DNA of 62,657 nt from an uncultured Candidatus Saccharibacteria bacterium (GTDB lineage Bacteria > Patescibacteriota > Minisyncoccia > Phycocordibacterales > UBA2100): the NCBI GenBank assembly GCA_964545165.1, contig CAZJEQ010000006.1, positions 1 through 62,657 on the forward strand, in the 5' to 3' direction. The translations under genes and the position numbers were made by a program. Shown here piece after piece: positions 52,283 through 60,661 of the stretch (position 1 is its first letter; every line of letters starts with the position of its first letter). A model generated the notes under the pieces. That model did no database searches. It was given only the letters and a program-made list of their open reading frames with translations, and was not told the origin of the DNA.

Positions 52283-52582
52283 CTACTCACTGCACTCGAC
52301 TTCAACCTCGTTGCCGCTCGCATCGCAGCGCGTGCAGCCACGCCGCGTCGTCGTTGTGGTCGTCGTCGTCACGAACGTCGTGCTGGTCGCGACGACTGCC
52401 GGCTGCGCCTGGTAGCCCGGCTGTGCGTAACCGTAGCCACCTCCCCTGTTCGGATTGATGCTCCCGGAAACATTCAAGTAGCCAGCAGTCCCACGAGGAC
52501 CGCCAGCAACGCCACCGCTCGCCGCGCAAGCACCGAGCGACAGCGCACAGAGCGCGATCATCGAATACCGGACAACTTTCAT
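52283..52582 (-). CDS. small putative lipoprotein (99 aa)
   Basis: Start ATG 52582 after AAGGGAGattgcc. Signal peptide plus lipobox (ALSLGAC). Gly/Tyr-rich, poly-Thr tract, C-terminal CTRC...EC. Confidence 0.6.
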   Translation of the reverse strand: MKVVRYSMIALCALSLGACAASGGVAGGPRGTAGYLNVSGSINPNRGGGYGYAQPGYQAQPAVVATSTTFVTTTTTTTTRRGCTRCDASGNEVEVECSE

Positions 52583-52650
52583 GGCAATCTCCCTTTGGTT
52601 GGTTTGCCTTAGAACGCTGAGCCAGACGTCGTGTCTGGACAGTAATATTA

Positions 52651-52690
52651 TTATACAAAGAACCGCCTGTTGTGTCAAACAGGCGGTTCT
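52651..52690. terminator. bidirectional hairpin
   Basis: GAACCGCCTGTT-gtgtcaa-ACAGGCGGTTC. Confidence 0.7.
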
Positions 52691-52703
52691 CGTTGCTTCC
52701 CTT

Positions 52704-53534
52704 CTATTTATTACGCGGCTTGGAGGTACGCACCGAGTAGCCCGTCGTGATGGATTCGCCCGTCGTGATCGAGGAGCCTGTCGTCACGCTCTGGCCGACC
52801 GTGGTGGAGTAGCCCGTGGCGACGCTCGTGCCGGTTGTGATCGAGCTGCCGATGGTCGCGGATGCGCCGGTGTCGATGGAATTCCCCGTAGCGACGCTGT
52901 AGCTGGTCGCCAGCGAGTAACCGACCGGAATCGAGAGAGCATTCTGGATGGACATACCGGTCGTGATGCTTTCTCCAACCGTGAAGGAATTACCGACCGT
53001 CATCGAGTCCCCTGTCATGACGGAGTAGCCGACGGGGACGGAATCACCGACGGTGAGCGAATTGCCCGTATCGAGCGAGCCGCCAATGGTCGCGGAGATA
53101 CCGGTCTCAATAGAGTGACCAGCAGTCAGTGATCCCCCGGTCGTGAGTGAGCCGCCGACGGTGAGCGATCCACCGATGAGTGCTGAGAGACCCGTGGTCA
53201 TCGAGAAGCCACTCGTGGCCGAGACGCCTGTCTGCATCGAGCCGCCCGTGGTCGCGGAATTTCCGGTCGTCATCGAATTGCCTGTCGGAATACCGAAGCC
53301 TGTTGTCATTGAATTGCCGGTGGGGATCGATGCGCCTGTCGAGATGCAGCAGCCCGTCGAGCCGCTCGTGCTCGTGCGTGGCGAGCCACTCGTCGGAATG
53401 CTCTGCGCCAGCGGGCGCGAGACACCGATGTCGTGTACCGAATAGAGGAGGCCCGTCAGTGGCTCAGCGAAGACGCCGGCCGGGACCGCGAGCGCGATGA
53501 CGAGTGCGAGTGATGAGATTTTTTTCATAGGCAT
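52704..53534 (-). CDS. secreted protein made of 34 uninterrupted hexapeptide repeats (G-x-S-hydrophobic-T-T)
   Basis: Signal peptide MPMKKISSLALVIALAVPAGVFA. From GASIPT to GYSVRT, every sixth residue is Gly and every third-in-unit residue is Ser (204 aa, counted by hand). Confidence 0.8.
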   Translation of the reverse strand: MPMKKISSLALVIALAVPAGVFAEPLTGLLYSVHDIGVSRPLAQSIPTSGSPRTSTSGSTGCCISTGASIPTGNSMTTGFGIPTGNSMTTGNSATTGGSMQTGVSATSGFSMTTGLSALIGGSLTVGGSLTTGGSLTAGHSIETGISATIGGSLDTGNSLTVGDSVPVGYSVMTGDSMTVGNSFTVGESITTGMSIQNALSIPVGYSLATSYSVATGNSIDTGASATIGSSITTGTSVATGYSTTVGQSVTTGSSITTGESITTGYSVRTSKPRNK

Positions 53535-53539
53535 GGCAA

Positions 53540-54271
53540 TTAGATGATTCCGATAAATTCTGCGTCAAGTACGAAGCGAGCGCTTTTGCCGGTGAGGGTG
53601 TCGCAGGTCACGAGTGTGAGACGGGTCGACGATTTCGAGAGCGAGATAGTCACATCATCATTCACATCCACCTTGCTGATCGAGACCACGCGATAGAGAT
53701 AGCGGGTGCCATCGGCGTCCGTGAGTGTAATCGCTTCCCCTGCCGTAAGCTCAGGAATTTTATTGAAGGCCTTGTACATCTGATTGTGGACGACGGGCAG
53801 ATGTGAGGAGTGCGCGAAGATGATCACGTTGCCGGCCTCGCCGAGCTGCGCCGATGGCGCGTAGTGTGCCGGACCGTCCTTGAGTAGAGCATCGAGCGCG
53901 TCGACATCGGTGGTCGACGGATTTTGCACCGCAAGATCGAGATCAATCGCGCCAATCGAAATGCGCGCTGGTGCTTTGGCTTCTGGTGAGGAGATGTGCG
54001 CGGACTGCGACGCACGAATGCCGCCATCGCCTTCGAGCGTGAAGCTCATATCGCCGAGCTGGCTGTAATCGGTAAGCGCGATCGGCGCATCGCCTGCAGC
54101 GGCATGGGGTGCGGAGCGGGTCGGTCCGCCAGCTGGCGGAGTGCCATCGACGAAGTACGGCACGAAGCCGACTGAAGAGGCGGCCGAGAGGAAGAGTCCA
54201 AACAAGACGAGCGAAAGCAGCGCAAAAGCGGCTTTCGAGGGACGCGGTACGTGTCCATGAAGCTCCTTCAT
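53540..54271 (-). CDS. sortase-family transpeptidase
   Basis: N-terminal TM anchor. VIIFAHS (catalytic His region). RLTLVTCDTLTGKSARF (TLxTC Cys motif plus downstream Arg). Start set to ATG 54271. Confidence 0.85.
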   Translation of the reverse strand: MKELHGHVPRPSKAAFALLSLVLFGLFLSAASSVGFVPYFVDGTPPAGGPTRSAPHAAAGDAPIALTDYSQLGDMSFTLEGDGGIRASQSAHISSPEAKAPARISIGAIDLDLAVQNPSTTDVDALDALLKDGPAHYAPSAQLGEAGNVIIFAHSSHLPVVHNQMYKAFNKIPELTAGEAITLTDADGTRYLYRVVSISKVDVNDDVTISLSKSSTRLTLVTCDTLTGKSARFVLDAEFIGII

Positions 54272-54280
54272 ATCGGAAAA

Positions 54281-54286
54281 ATAATA
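54281..54286 (-). promoter_or_regulatory. TTGACA-17-TATTAT promoter, -10 box 9 nt before sortase ATG
   Basis: Minus strand TTGACAagtagccatttatgaagTATTATttttccgatATG. Coordinates given are for the -10 box. Confidence 0.5.
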
Positions 54287-54381
54287 CTTCATAAATGGCT
54301 ACTTGTCAAGTGCCCTTCCCGCACCCCGTAGCGTTGTCTATATAGAAACACGCCCCGAGGTGCGCTATAGTTGGCACACGT

Positions 54382-55314
54382 ATGGCCGATCCACATGCCG
54401 CCCCCCATACCCCACCCGTGCACGCTGCCCCTGCGAAGCGCTCTGCCAATGTGCTGGTCTCCAACATCCTGGCACTCGCCGGCTTCGCGATTCTCATCAT
54501 CATCGTCATCTGGGGCCTCTTCCACCTCGCGACGCTCTCCACCGGCTGGTTCTCAGGATTTTTTAATTCTGCCAATAGCAAAGACACGATTCAGGTCACA
54601 GCGCCCGAAAGCGCGATCTCAAACCGCGCTGCCAAGATATCGTGGCAGCACCAGGGTGGCGACGGACGGTACGCCTTTCTCTACGAGTGCACCGAGGGAC
54701 TCCAATTTGGTATTCCGCTGTTGAAAGAGGGAGAAACGACGCCAACACTCGCGCGCGTACCCTGCGGCACCGCATTTACGCTCGGTAATGCGACCAGCTC
54801 ACTCCTCGTCGTGCCGGTCCTCGAAGGATCATCCCCCATCGCCGCCAATATCAACATTGTCTTCGTCCCCGCTGCTGCTGGTGCGCAGGCCTCGGGGAGC
54901 GCGCGCATGACAGTCGTCGCGAGCGGCGCACCGACACAGCCGGAACCAGAACATGTCGGTACGACGGAGACGCCCGTGACGCCGCGACCAACAGCCGGCC
55001 CGGCAGATCTCATCGTCACAGTTACCGGTGCATCGACTGATGCGGGAGGATTCAGTGTCGTCACCTTTGATATCGCAAACACCGGCACTTCGGCGAGCGG
55101 TGGATATACCTTCAATGCCAACCTGCCGACCTCGCAGCCGTATACCTTCTACTCTGATCCGCAGGCCTCACTCGCACCGGGCGAGCACATCGTGAACACG
55201 CTGCGCTTCACACAGACCGTGCGCGGTGTCTTTACCGTCGTCGTCGATCCGCAGGACACGGTCAAGGAATCCAGCGAAACCAACAACGTCACCTCGTACG
55301 AGATCATTCGATAA
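54382..55314 (+). CDS. membrane-anchored CARDB-like domain protein
   Basis: One TM helix. C-terminal ADLIVTVTG...VVTFDIANTGTSASGGYTF...VVVDPQDTVKESSETNN resembles CARDB (DL.V...N.G...vD..n.v.E.nE.NN). Confidence 0.65.
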   Translation: MADPHAAPHTPPVHAAPAKRSANVLVSNILALAGFAILIIIVIWGLFHLATLSTGWFSGFFNSANSKDTIQVTAPESAISNRAAKISWQHQGGDGRYAFLYECTEGLQFGIPLLKEGETTPTLARVPCGTAFTLGNATSSLLVVPVLEGSSPIAANINIVFVPAAAGAQASGSARMTVVASGAPTQPEPEHVGTTETPVTPRPTAGPADLIVTVTGASTDAGGFSVVTFDIANTGTSASGGYTFNANLPTSQPYTFYSDPQASLAPGEHIVNTLRFTQTVRGVFTVVVDPQDTVKESSETNNVTSYEIIR

Positions 55315-55322
55315 CGTCTCTC

Positions 55323-55358
55323 AAACAAACGGCCCGCCTTTCGGCGGGCCGTTTGTTT
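55323..55358. terminator. bidirectional terminator between the CARDB gene and gyrB
   Basis: AAACAAACGGCCCGCC-tttc-GGCGGGCCGTTTGTTT. Confidence 0.85.
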
Positions 55359-55365
55359 TTGTTTG

Positions 55366-57408
55366 TTAAATATCGAGTGTCGCTTCTTTCGCGTGACTCT
55401 GGATGAACGATTTACGTGCCGGCACGTCGGTACCCATGAGCATATCGAAGACCATGTCGGCCTCGACGCCATCGTCGATCGTGACCTGCTTCAAAATACG
55501 GCGAGCAGGATCCATCGTAGTCTCCCACAATTCTTCTGAGTTCATCTCGCCCAAACCCTTGTAGCGCTGCACGGAGATTTTCGCCGCTTTCTTGGCGACC
55601 ACTGCCGGCTCTTCTTCAGCACCCTCCTCTACTTCCTCAGTCGCCTCTTCCGGCTCAATCTCGACATCCTTGCCAGCGTATTTGACGCGATCTTCATCAC
55701 TGTATGCATAGTAGACGTCGCGGCCCTTTTTTATCTTGAAAAGCGGTGGCTGCGCGATGTAGAGGAAGCCGCCGTCGATGACCGGGCGGAAGTGACGATA
55801 CATGAGTGTGAGGAGCAGCGTGCGGATGTGCGCCCCGTCCACGTCGGCATCCGTCGCGATGATGATCTTGTGGTAGCGCAGCTTCGAGAGGTCGAAGATG
55901 TCGCCGATCGCGGTGCCGAGTGCCACGACGAGATTCGTGATCTGCTCGGAGGCGAGCATCTTGTCGAGGCGTGCGCGTTCGATGTTGAGGATCTTGCCAC
56001 GCAGCGGCAGGATCGCCTGAATGCGACGGTCGCGACCCATCTTGGCGGTGCCACCTGCCGAATCTCCCTCGACGATGAAGAGTTCTGCTTCTTCGGCACG
56101 TTTGGTCTGACAATCGGCGAGCTTGCCCGGCAACGTCATACCGTCGAGCGCACCTTTGCGGAGGATGGAATCCTTGGCGGCTTTCGCGGCTTTGCGCGCC
56201 TTCATCGCGAGCGTGATCTTGCCGAAGATGGCGCGTGCTTCTTCTGGATGCTCCTCGAGGAACGCCCCGAATGCTTCGCCGAAAATCTGCTCCGTCGCGC
56301 CACGCGCCTCTACCGAGCCGAGCTTACCCTTGGTCTGACCTTCAAATTGAATCTCTGCGAGTTTGACCGACACGACCGCCGTGAGACCTTCGAGCACGTC
56401 TTCCCCGGTGAAATTGTCGGAATCCTTCCCGCCGCCATTTTTGGCATTGAGCGTACGCGTGAGCGCCGTCTTAAATCCCGTGATGTGTGTACCGCCCTCG
56501 GGGTTGTAGATGTTGTTGGCAAATGCCGAGATGCGGCTCGTCATGTCGTCGACATACTGCAGTGCGACCTCTACCTGCACGCCGTCCTGCTCTTTTTCGA
56601 CATAGAAAATATTTTTGTGGACTGGCTCAAGGTGATGATTCTGGAACCCAACAAGACTGCGCAGACCACCTTCGAAATAGAATGAGAACGATGGCGCATC
56701 GAGCCCAAGCTCACGCAGATACACCACGCTCTCGTGATCGACGGTGCCTGCATTGCGCAGATCAAGGAGTGCGATGCGAAGACCTTTGACCAAGTACGCC
56801 TGCTGACGCATGTGCGCGACGATGCGATCCCAGTTGTATTCTATTTCTGCGAAGATTTCCGGGTCGGCCTGGAAGACGGTGATGGTGCCGTGGAGCTTGG
56901 AGCTGCCGATCTTCTTGACCTTGGCAACTGCCTTGCCACCCTTTCGGTATTCCTGCACATACTGACCACCGTCGCGATGGACTTCGACGCGCGCGTAGGT
57001 GGAGAGCGCGTTGACCACAGATGCACCGACGCCGTGGAGACCGCCGGACACTTTGTATCCTTCGCCGCCGAATTTGCCTCCCGCATGGAGCGTGGTCATG
57101 ATCGTCTCGAGCGCGGATACTTTTGTCTTGGGGTGAATGTCGACCGGAATACCGCGGCCGTTGTCGACCACGCGTACCATGTTGTCGGGCAAGAGCGCGA
57201 CCTCAATATCATTACTAAAGCCGCCCATCGCTTCATCGCGCGAGTTGTCGAAAATTTCCCAGATCAAGTGATGCAAACCATCGGGACCAGTGGTACCGAT
57301 GTACATGCCCGGGCGGCGACGCACGGCTTCGAGACCCTCGAGGACCGTAATGTCAGAGGCTCCGTAGGAGCCCTTTTTTGCGACTGTTTCTTCCTTGGTT
57401 TTAGCCAT
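55366..57408 (-). CDS. gyrB: DNA gyrase subunit B
   Basis: VLEGLEAVRRRPGMYIG, HHLIWEIFDNSRDE, GLHGVGASVVNALS, EGDSAGG, PLRGKILN, DADVDGAHI. Confidence 0.96.
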   Translation of the reverse strand: MAKTKEETVAKKGSYGASDITVLEGLEAVRRRPGMYIGTTGPDGLHHLIWEIFDNSRDEAMGGFSNDIEVALLPDNMVRVVDNGRGIPVDIHPKTKVSALETIMTTLHAGGKFGGEGYKVSGGLHGVGASVVNALSTYARVEVHRDGGQYVQEYRKGGKAVAKVKKIGSSKLHGTITVFQADPEIFAEIEYNWDRIVAHMRQQAYLVKGLRIALLDLRNAGTVDHESVVYLRELGLDAPSFSFYFEGGLRSLVGFQNHHLEPVHKNIFYVEKEQDGVQVEVALQYVDDMTSRISAFANNIYNPEGGTHITGFKTALTRTLNAKNGGGKDSDNFTGEDVLEGLTAVVSVKLAEIQFEGQTKGKLGSVEARGATEQIFGEAFGAFLEEHPEEARAIFGKITLAMKARKAAKAAKDSILRKGALDGMTLPGKLADCQTKRAEEAELFIVEGDSAGGTAKMGRDRRIQAILPLRGKILNIERARLDKMLASEQITNLVVALGTAIGDIFDLSKLRYHKIIIATDADVDGAHIRTLLLTLMYRHFRPVIDGGFLYIAQPPLFKIKKGRDVYYAYSDEDRVKYAGKDVEIEPEEATEEVEEGAEEEPAVVAKKAAKISVQRYKGLGEMNSEELWETTMDPARRILKQVTIDDGVEADMVFDMLMGTDVPARKSFIQSHAKEATLDI

Positions 57409-57518
57409 GTTTTAGTCGGATTATTGTACCAAAAATGAAGGCATTTGCCCAGCCTTTTTGCACCTGTATAGTGGCTGTCGGCGTGGCTTAAAAAGCGCCA
57501 CATGCAGGGAGAACGCTC

Positions 57519-57923
57519 ATGGAACTCGAGCTCTGGCAGCGCGCGCACCCACTTACGCGCTCACTGATCGCTATCGTCGGCATACTCGTCGCCCTGGCCT
57601 ACGCTGAGCGCCACGGGAATGAAAAGATGCGTCTGCGCGATGAATTTCGGATTGCAGACATCTACGACGACAATCGGATCGTGCTGCAGCGTATCGTCAA
57701 CGGCGTAAAGTCCGAACACGTCATCAGCGCCTATCAGCTCGGGCTGCAACCGCACGAGGTGAGTCATCTGGATTGGAGCGTGCCGCTCCAATGCGGTGCC
57801 GAGTGGCGCCGCGGATTTATCTCACAGCAGCTCGGTCACCGCCACCTCTACGAGCATCGGTGGACATGCGACCGATCTCTGAGCATCTTCCTGAAACCCG
57901 GCGTACGCCGGGTTTCTCGTTAG
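57519..57923 (+). CDS. hypothetical protein with N-terminal TM helix (134 aa)
   Basis: TGTATAGT extended -10 box at about 57466-57473, SD GGGAGA, and terminator GAAACCCGGCG-tacg-CCGGGTTTC at the 3' end. Confidence 0.55.
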   Translation: MELELWQRAHPLTRSLIAIVGILVALAYAERHGNEKMRLRDEFRIADIYDDNRIVLQRIVNGVKSEHVISAYQLGLQPHEVSHLDWSVPLQCGAEWRRGFISQQLGHRHLYEHRWTCDRSLSIFLKPGVRRVSR

Positions 57924-59800
57924 CGGATTTCGTACCCTTCTGTTTTGAGCGCCGCGTAGATACTCTCCATGCGCTCATTGGCATCGAGATCAGTCAGGGT
58001 TTTATCGAACGACTGGAAAATCAGTCGAAACGCATACGACACACGGCCGTCCTTTTCGAATCGATCGAACCGATCGATGCGCACCAGTAATTCCCCGGCG
58101 CTCGCCATGATCACTTCGCGAATCTTCGCCTCGTCAACATCGCCCGCTGCCCAGAAAGCGACGTCGCGCACGATAAACGGGTATTTTGAAAACGGCTGAT
58201 AGCGATCTGCCTGCGATGGTGCGAGGTCATCGTATACAGCCTTCGGTGCGAGCGCACCTACCATCTCGCGTACCGGGACTTCGATCACCTCTTCCGGTAC
58301 TTCTGACAGCGGCTTCGCGCCAAGCGCCCCTGCCGCATCATTCAGGTACTGCGATGCGCTCTGGTGCTTCTTAACCTTCTCGACGGCGATGCCAAGCATC
58401 TCTACTTCTCCTCCATCGCGCCACACGGTGCCGATTTCGAAGAGCTTGATCTGCGTCTCGCCGAGCAGATCTTTGTTGCGGACGTTGCGCTCGAGCGCCT
58501 CACGCAGACCCGTCATCAACTCCGCGCGCAGATACGGCTTCACACCGTCGGCTTTGTTGGCGACGACACGCTCACCATTTTCGGCAAAGACGCTCGTGAA
58601 CACTTCGGAGAATCCTGCGTTGAGAAGCGATTCGCGTACCGCTTCGCGTGCAGCGAATGCCTGGTTGACCATCGGCGTACTTGCGAGCGCCGGGAGCTCT
58701 ACCGCCGGGACCTGGTCGTAGCCGATCACGCGGCCGACCTCTTCGATCAGATCTTCGGGAATCTCCAGATCGAGGCGCTCACTCGGCACATGTACGGTAA
58801 AGGTCTCGCCCGTTTGTATATGTGCGAGATCCAATCGCGTCAGTACATCGGAAACGTCCCGCTCTTTCAAGGTCACGCCGAGCACGGCGTTTATACGCGA
58901 AAGCGTCACGGAGTCTTCTTTCTGCTCTGGTTTTACTGGATATTCATCGACGAATCCTGCGAGCTCACCCCCCGCGAGTTGCTGAATTAATTCCACGACC
59001 GCTTTCATCCCGTATCCTGCATATTCGGGCGAAAGCTTTTGCTCGTAGCGCGCGGAGGCATCGGTGCGCAATTTGAGCGCCTGCGCGGTCTTACGCGTCG
59101 AGATACCCTCGAAATTGGCGGACTCGATAATGATGTCGTGCGTGGCCTCACTCACGCCGGCGGGCTTACCACCTTTCACGCCAGCGATACCAATGGGCGT
59201 GTCCGTCACCGCATCGACGATAAGCAGCATGGCATCGGTAAGCTCGTATTCTTTGTTATCGAGCGCCATGATCGTCTCGCCGCTTCGCGCTTTGCGCACG
59301 GCAATAGCGTACTTCCCGTCAGTCTCCTGCAGCTGACTTGCATCAAATGCGTGGAGCGGCTGGCCGATCCCAAACATCACATAATTCGTCGCGTCGACAA
59401 TGTTGTTGATTGAGCGCTGACCAATAGCCTCGAGACTCTTCTGGAGCCACTCCGGCGACGAGCCGACCTTCACACCGGTGATGTACGCGGCGACGTAGCG
59501 ATTACAGAGCGTGGGCTCTTGTATCGATATATCGATAGAGTCGGTTTTTGGCTCGAGCGTGACGGGCTGGCGCAGCGGATCGCTCTTGAGCGGCTGCTTC
59601 AAAATCGCCGAGAGCTCTTTGGCCATGCCGCGATGCGAGAGACAGTCGTGCCCGCGATTGGCAGTGACTTTCACATCAAGGACGTCATTTTCTACGCTCT
59701 CAATTTCAAATGCGTGGAAGGTCAGCGCATCGGCGAGTACCGCACTCTCCGGAAGTGGATCGGTGAAATACGTCTGGAGCCATGCGCGAGAAATTTTCAT
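57920..59800 (-). CDS. pheT: phenylalanine--tRNA ligase beta subunit (short form, 626 aa)
   Basis: MKISRAWLQTYF start. B3/4, B5 and C-terminal FDX-ACB-like regions are present. No N-terminal OB tRNA-binding domain. Start is 2 nt after the pheS stop. Confidence 0.9.
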   Translation of the reverse strand: MKISRAWLQTYFTDPLPESAVLADALTFHAFEIESVENDVLDVKVTANRGHDCLSHRGMAKELSAILKQPLKSDPLRQPVTLEPKTDSIDISIQEPTLCNRYVAAYITGVKVGSSPEWLQKSLEAIGQRSINNIVDATNYVMFGIGQPLHAFDASQLQETDGKYAIAVRKARSGETIMALDNKEYELTDAMLLIVDAVTDTPIGIAGVKGGKPAGVSEATHDIIIESANFEGISTRKTAQALKLRTDASARYEQKLSPEYAGYGMKAVVELIQQLAGGELAGFVDEYPVKPEQKEDSVTLSRINAVLGVTLKERDVSDVLTRLDLAHIQTGETFTVHVPSERLDLEIPEDLIEEVGRVIGYDQVPAVELPALASTPMVNQAFAAREAVRESLLNAGFSEVFTSVFAENGERVVANKADGVKPYLRAELMTGLREALERNVRNKDLLGETQIKLFEIGTVWRDGGEVEMLGIAVEKVKKHQSASQYLNDAAGALGAKPLSEVPEEVIEVPVREMVGALAPKAVYDDLAPSQADRYQPFSKYPFIVRDVAFWAAGDVDEAKIREVIMASAGELLVRIDRFDRFEKDGRVSYAFRLIFQSFDKTLTDLDANERMESIYAALKTEGYEIR

Positions 59801-59802
59801 AT

Positions 59803-60555
59803 CTAGAATTGATTGATGAAGCGCAGGTCCGCGGAGTGCATGAGACGAATGTCGTCGATTGCCCAACGAAGCATGGCGAGACGCTCAAGGCCCATACCAA
59901 AGGCAAAGCCGGTGTATGTATCCGGATCAACCCCCGCATTACGCAGTACATTTGGATGCACCATGCCCGCACCCATCATCTCGATCCAACGGTCGCGCAA
60001 TTTCTCCGGCACATGCTCACCTACCAAGCGCATATCGACTTCGACACCCGGCTCAACGAAGGGAAAGAAGCTCGGGCGAAAACGCACCTCGACCGATGCG
60101 CCTTTGAAGAGCTCTTTGAAAAAACGATCGAGTGTGCCTTTGAGATGACCGAGCGTGACGCCTTCACCCACCGCGAGTCCTTCGATCTGGAAAAATTCTG
60201 CCTCGTGTGTCATGTCGGTCGCTTCGTTGCGGAAGACCTTGCCCGGTACGATGACGCGATACGGCGGCTGCACCCCCGCTTTCATCTGCGCCTCCATGTA
60301 CCGCAGCTGCACGGGTGAGGTGTGGGTGCGCAAGACCATCCCCGCTTCGTCTTTGATAAAGAAGGTGTCCTGCATATCGCGGGCAGGATGATCTTTCGGC
60401 ACATTGAGCGCGTCGAAGTTGTACCACTCAGTTTCCAGCAGCGGCCCTTCAGCAAAGGCGAATCCCATATCAAAAAAGATTTTGTTGGCCTCGCGAATGA
60501 TGCTGGAAATCGGGTGCATCGAGCCCTTCTTCATCTGACCTTCAGTGTCGAACAT
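59803..60555 (-). CDS. pheS: phenylalanine--tRNA ligase alpha subunit (catalytic core only, about 250 aa)
   Basis: HPISSIIREANKIFFDMGF, HPARDMQDTFF, LRTHTSPVQ, VPGKVFRNE, FGMGLERLAML. Start ATG 60555, preceded by TATACT-atgttcc. Confidence 0.9.
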   Translation of the reverse strand: MFDTEGQMKKGSMHPISSIIREANKIFFDMGFAFAEGPLLETEWYNFDALNVPKDHPARDMQDTFFIKDEAGMVLRTHTSPVQLRYMEAQMKAGVQPPYRVIVPGKVFRNEATDMTHEAEFFQIEGLAVGEGVTLGHLKGTLDRFFKELFKGASVEVRFRPSFFPFVEPGVEVDMRLVGEHVPEKLRDRWIEMMGAGMVHPNVLRNAGVDPDTYTGFAFGMGLERLAMLRWAIDDIRLMHSADLRFINQF

Positions 60556-60562
60556 GGAACAT

Positions 60563-60568
60563 AGTATA
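60563..60568 (-). promoter_or_regulatory. -10 box TATACT, 7 nt before pheS ATG
   Basis: Minus strand gtaTATACTatgttccATG. Confidence 0.45.
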
Positions 60569-60646
60569 TACGCAGACGCGCATGCTCGAAACGTGCCGAT
60601 GAGCGTCGGCATGTCGAAATAAACTATCAATTTCGCCATTTTCTGG

Positions 60647-60652
60647 TATAAT
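60647..60652 (+). promoter_or_regulatory. -10 box TATAAT (TGg-extended), 9 nt before ATG 60662
   Basis: cTGgTATAATcttgcatctATG. Confidence 0.5.
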
Positions 60653-60661
60653 CTTGCATCT

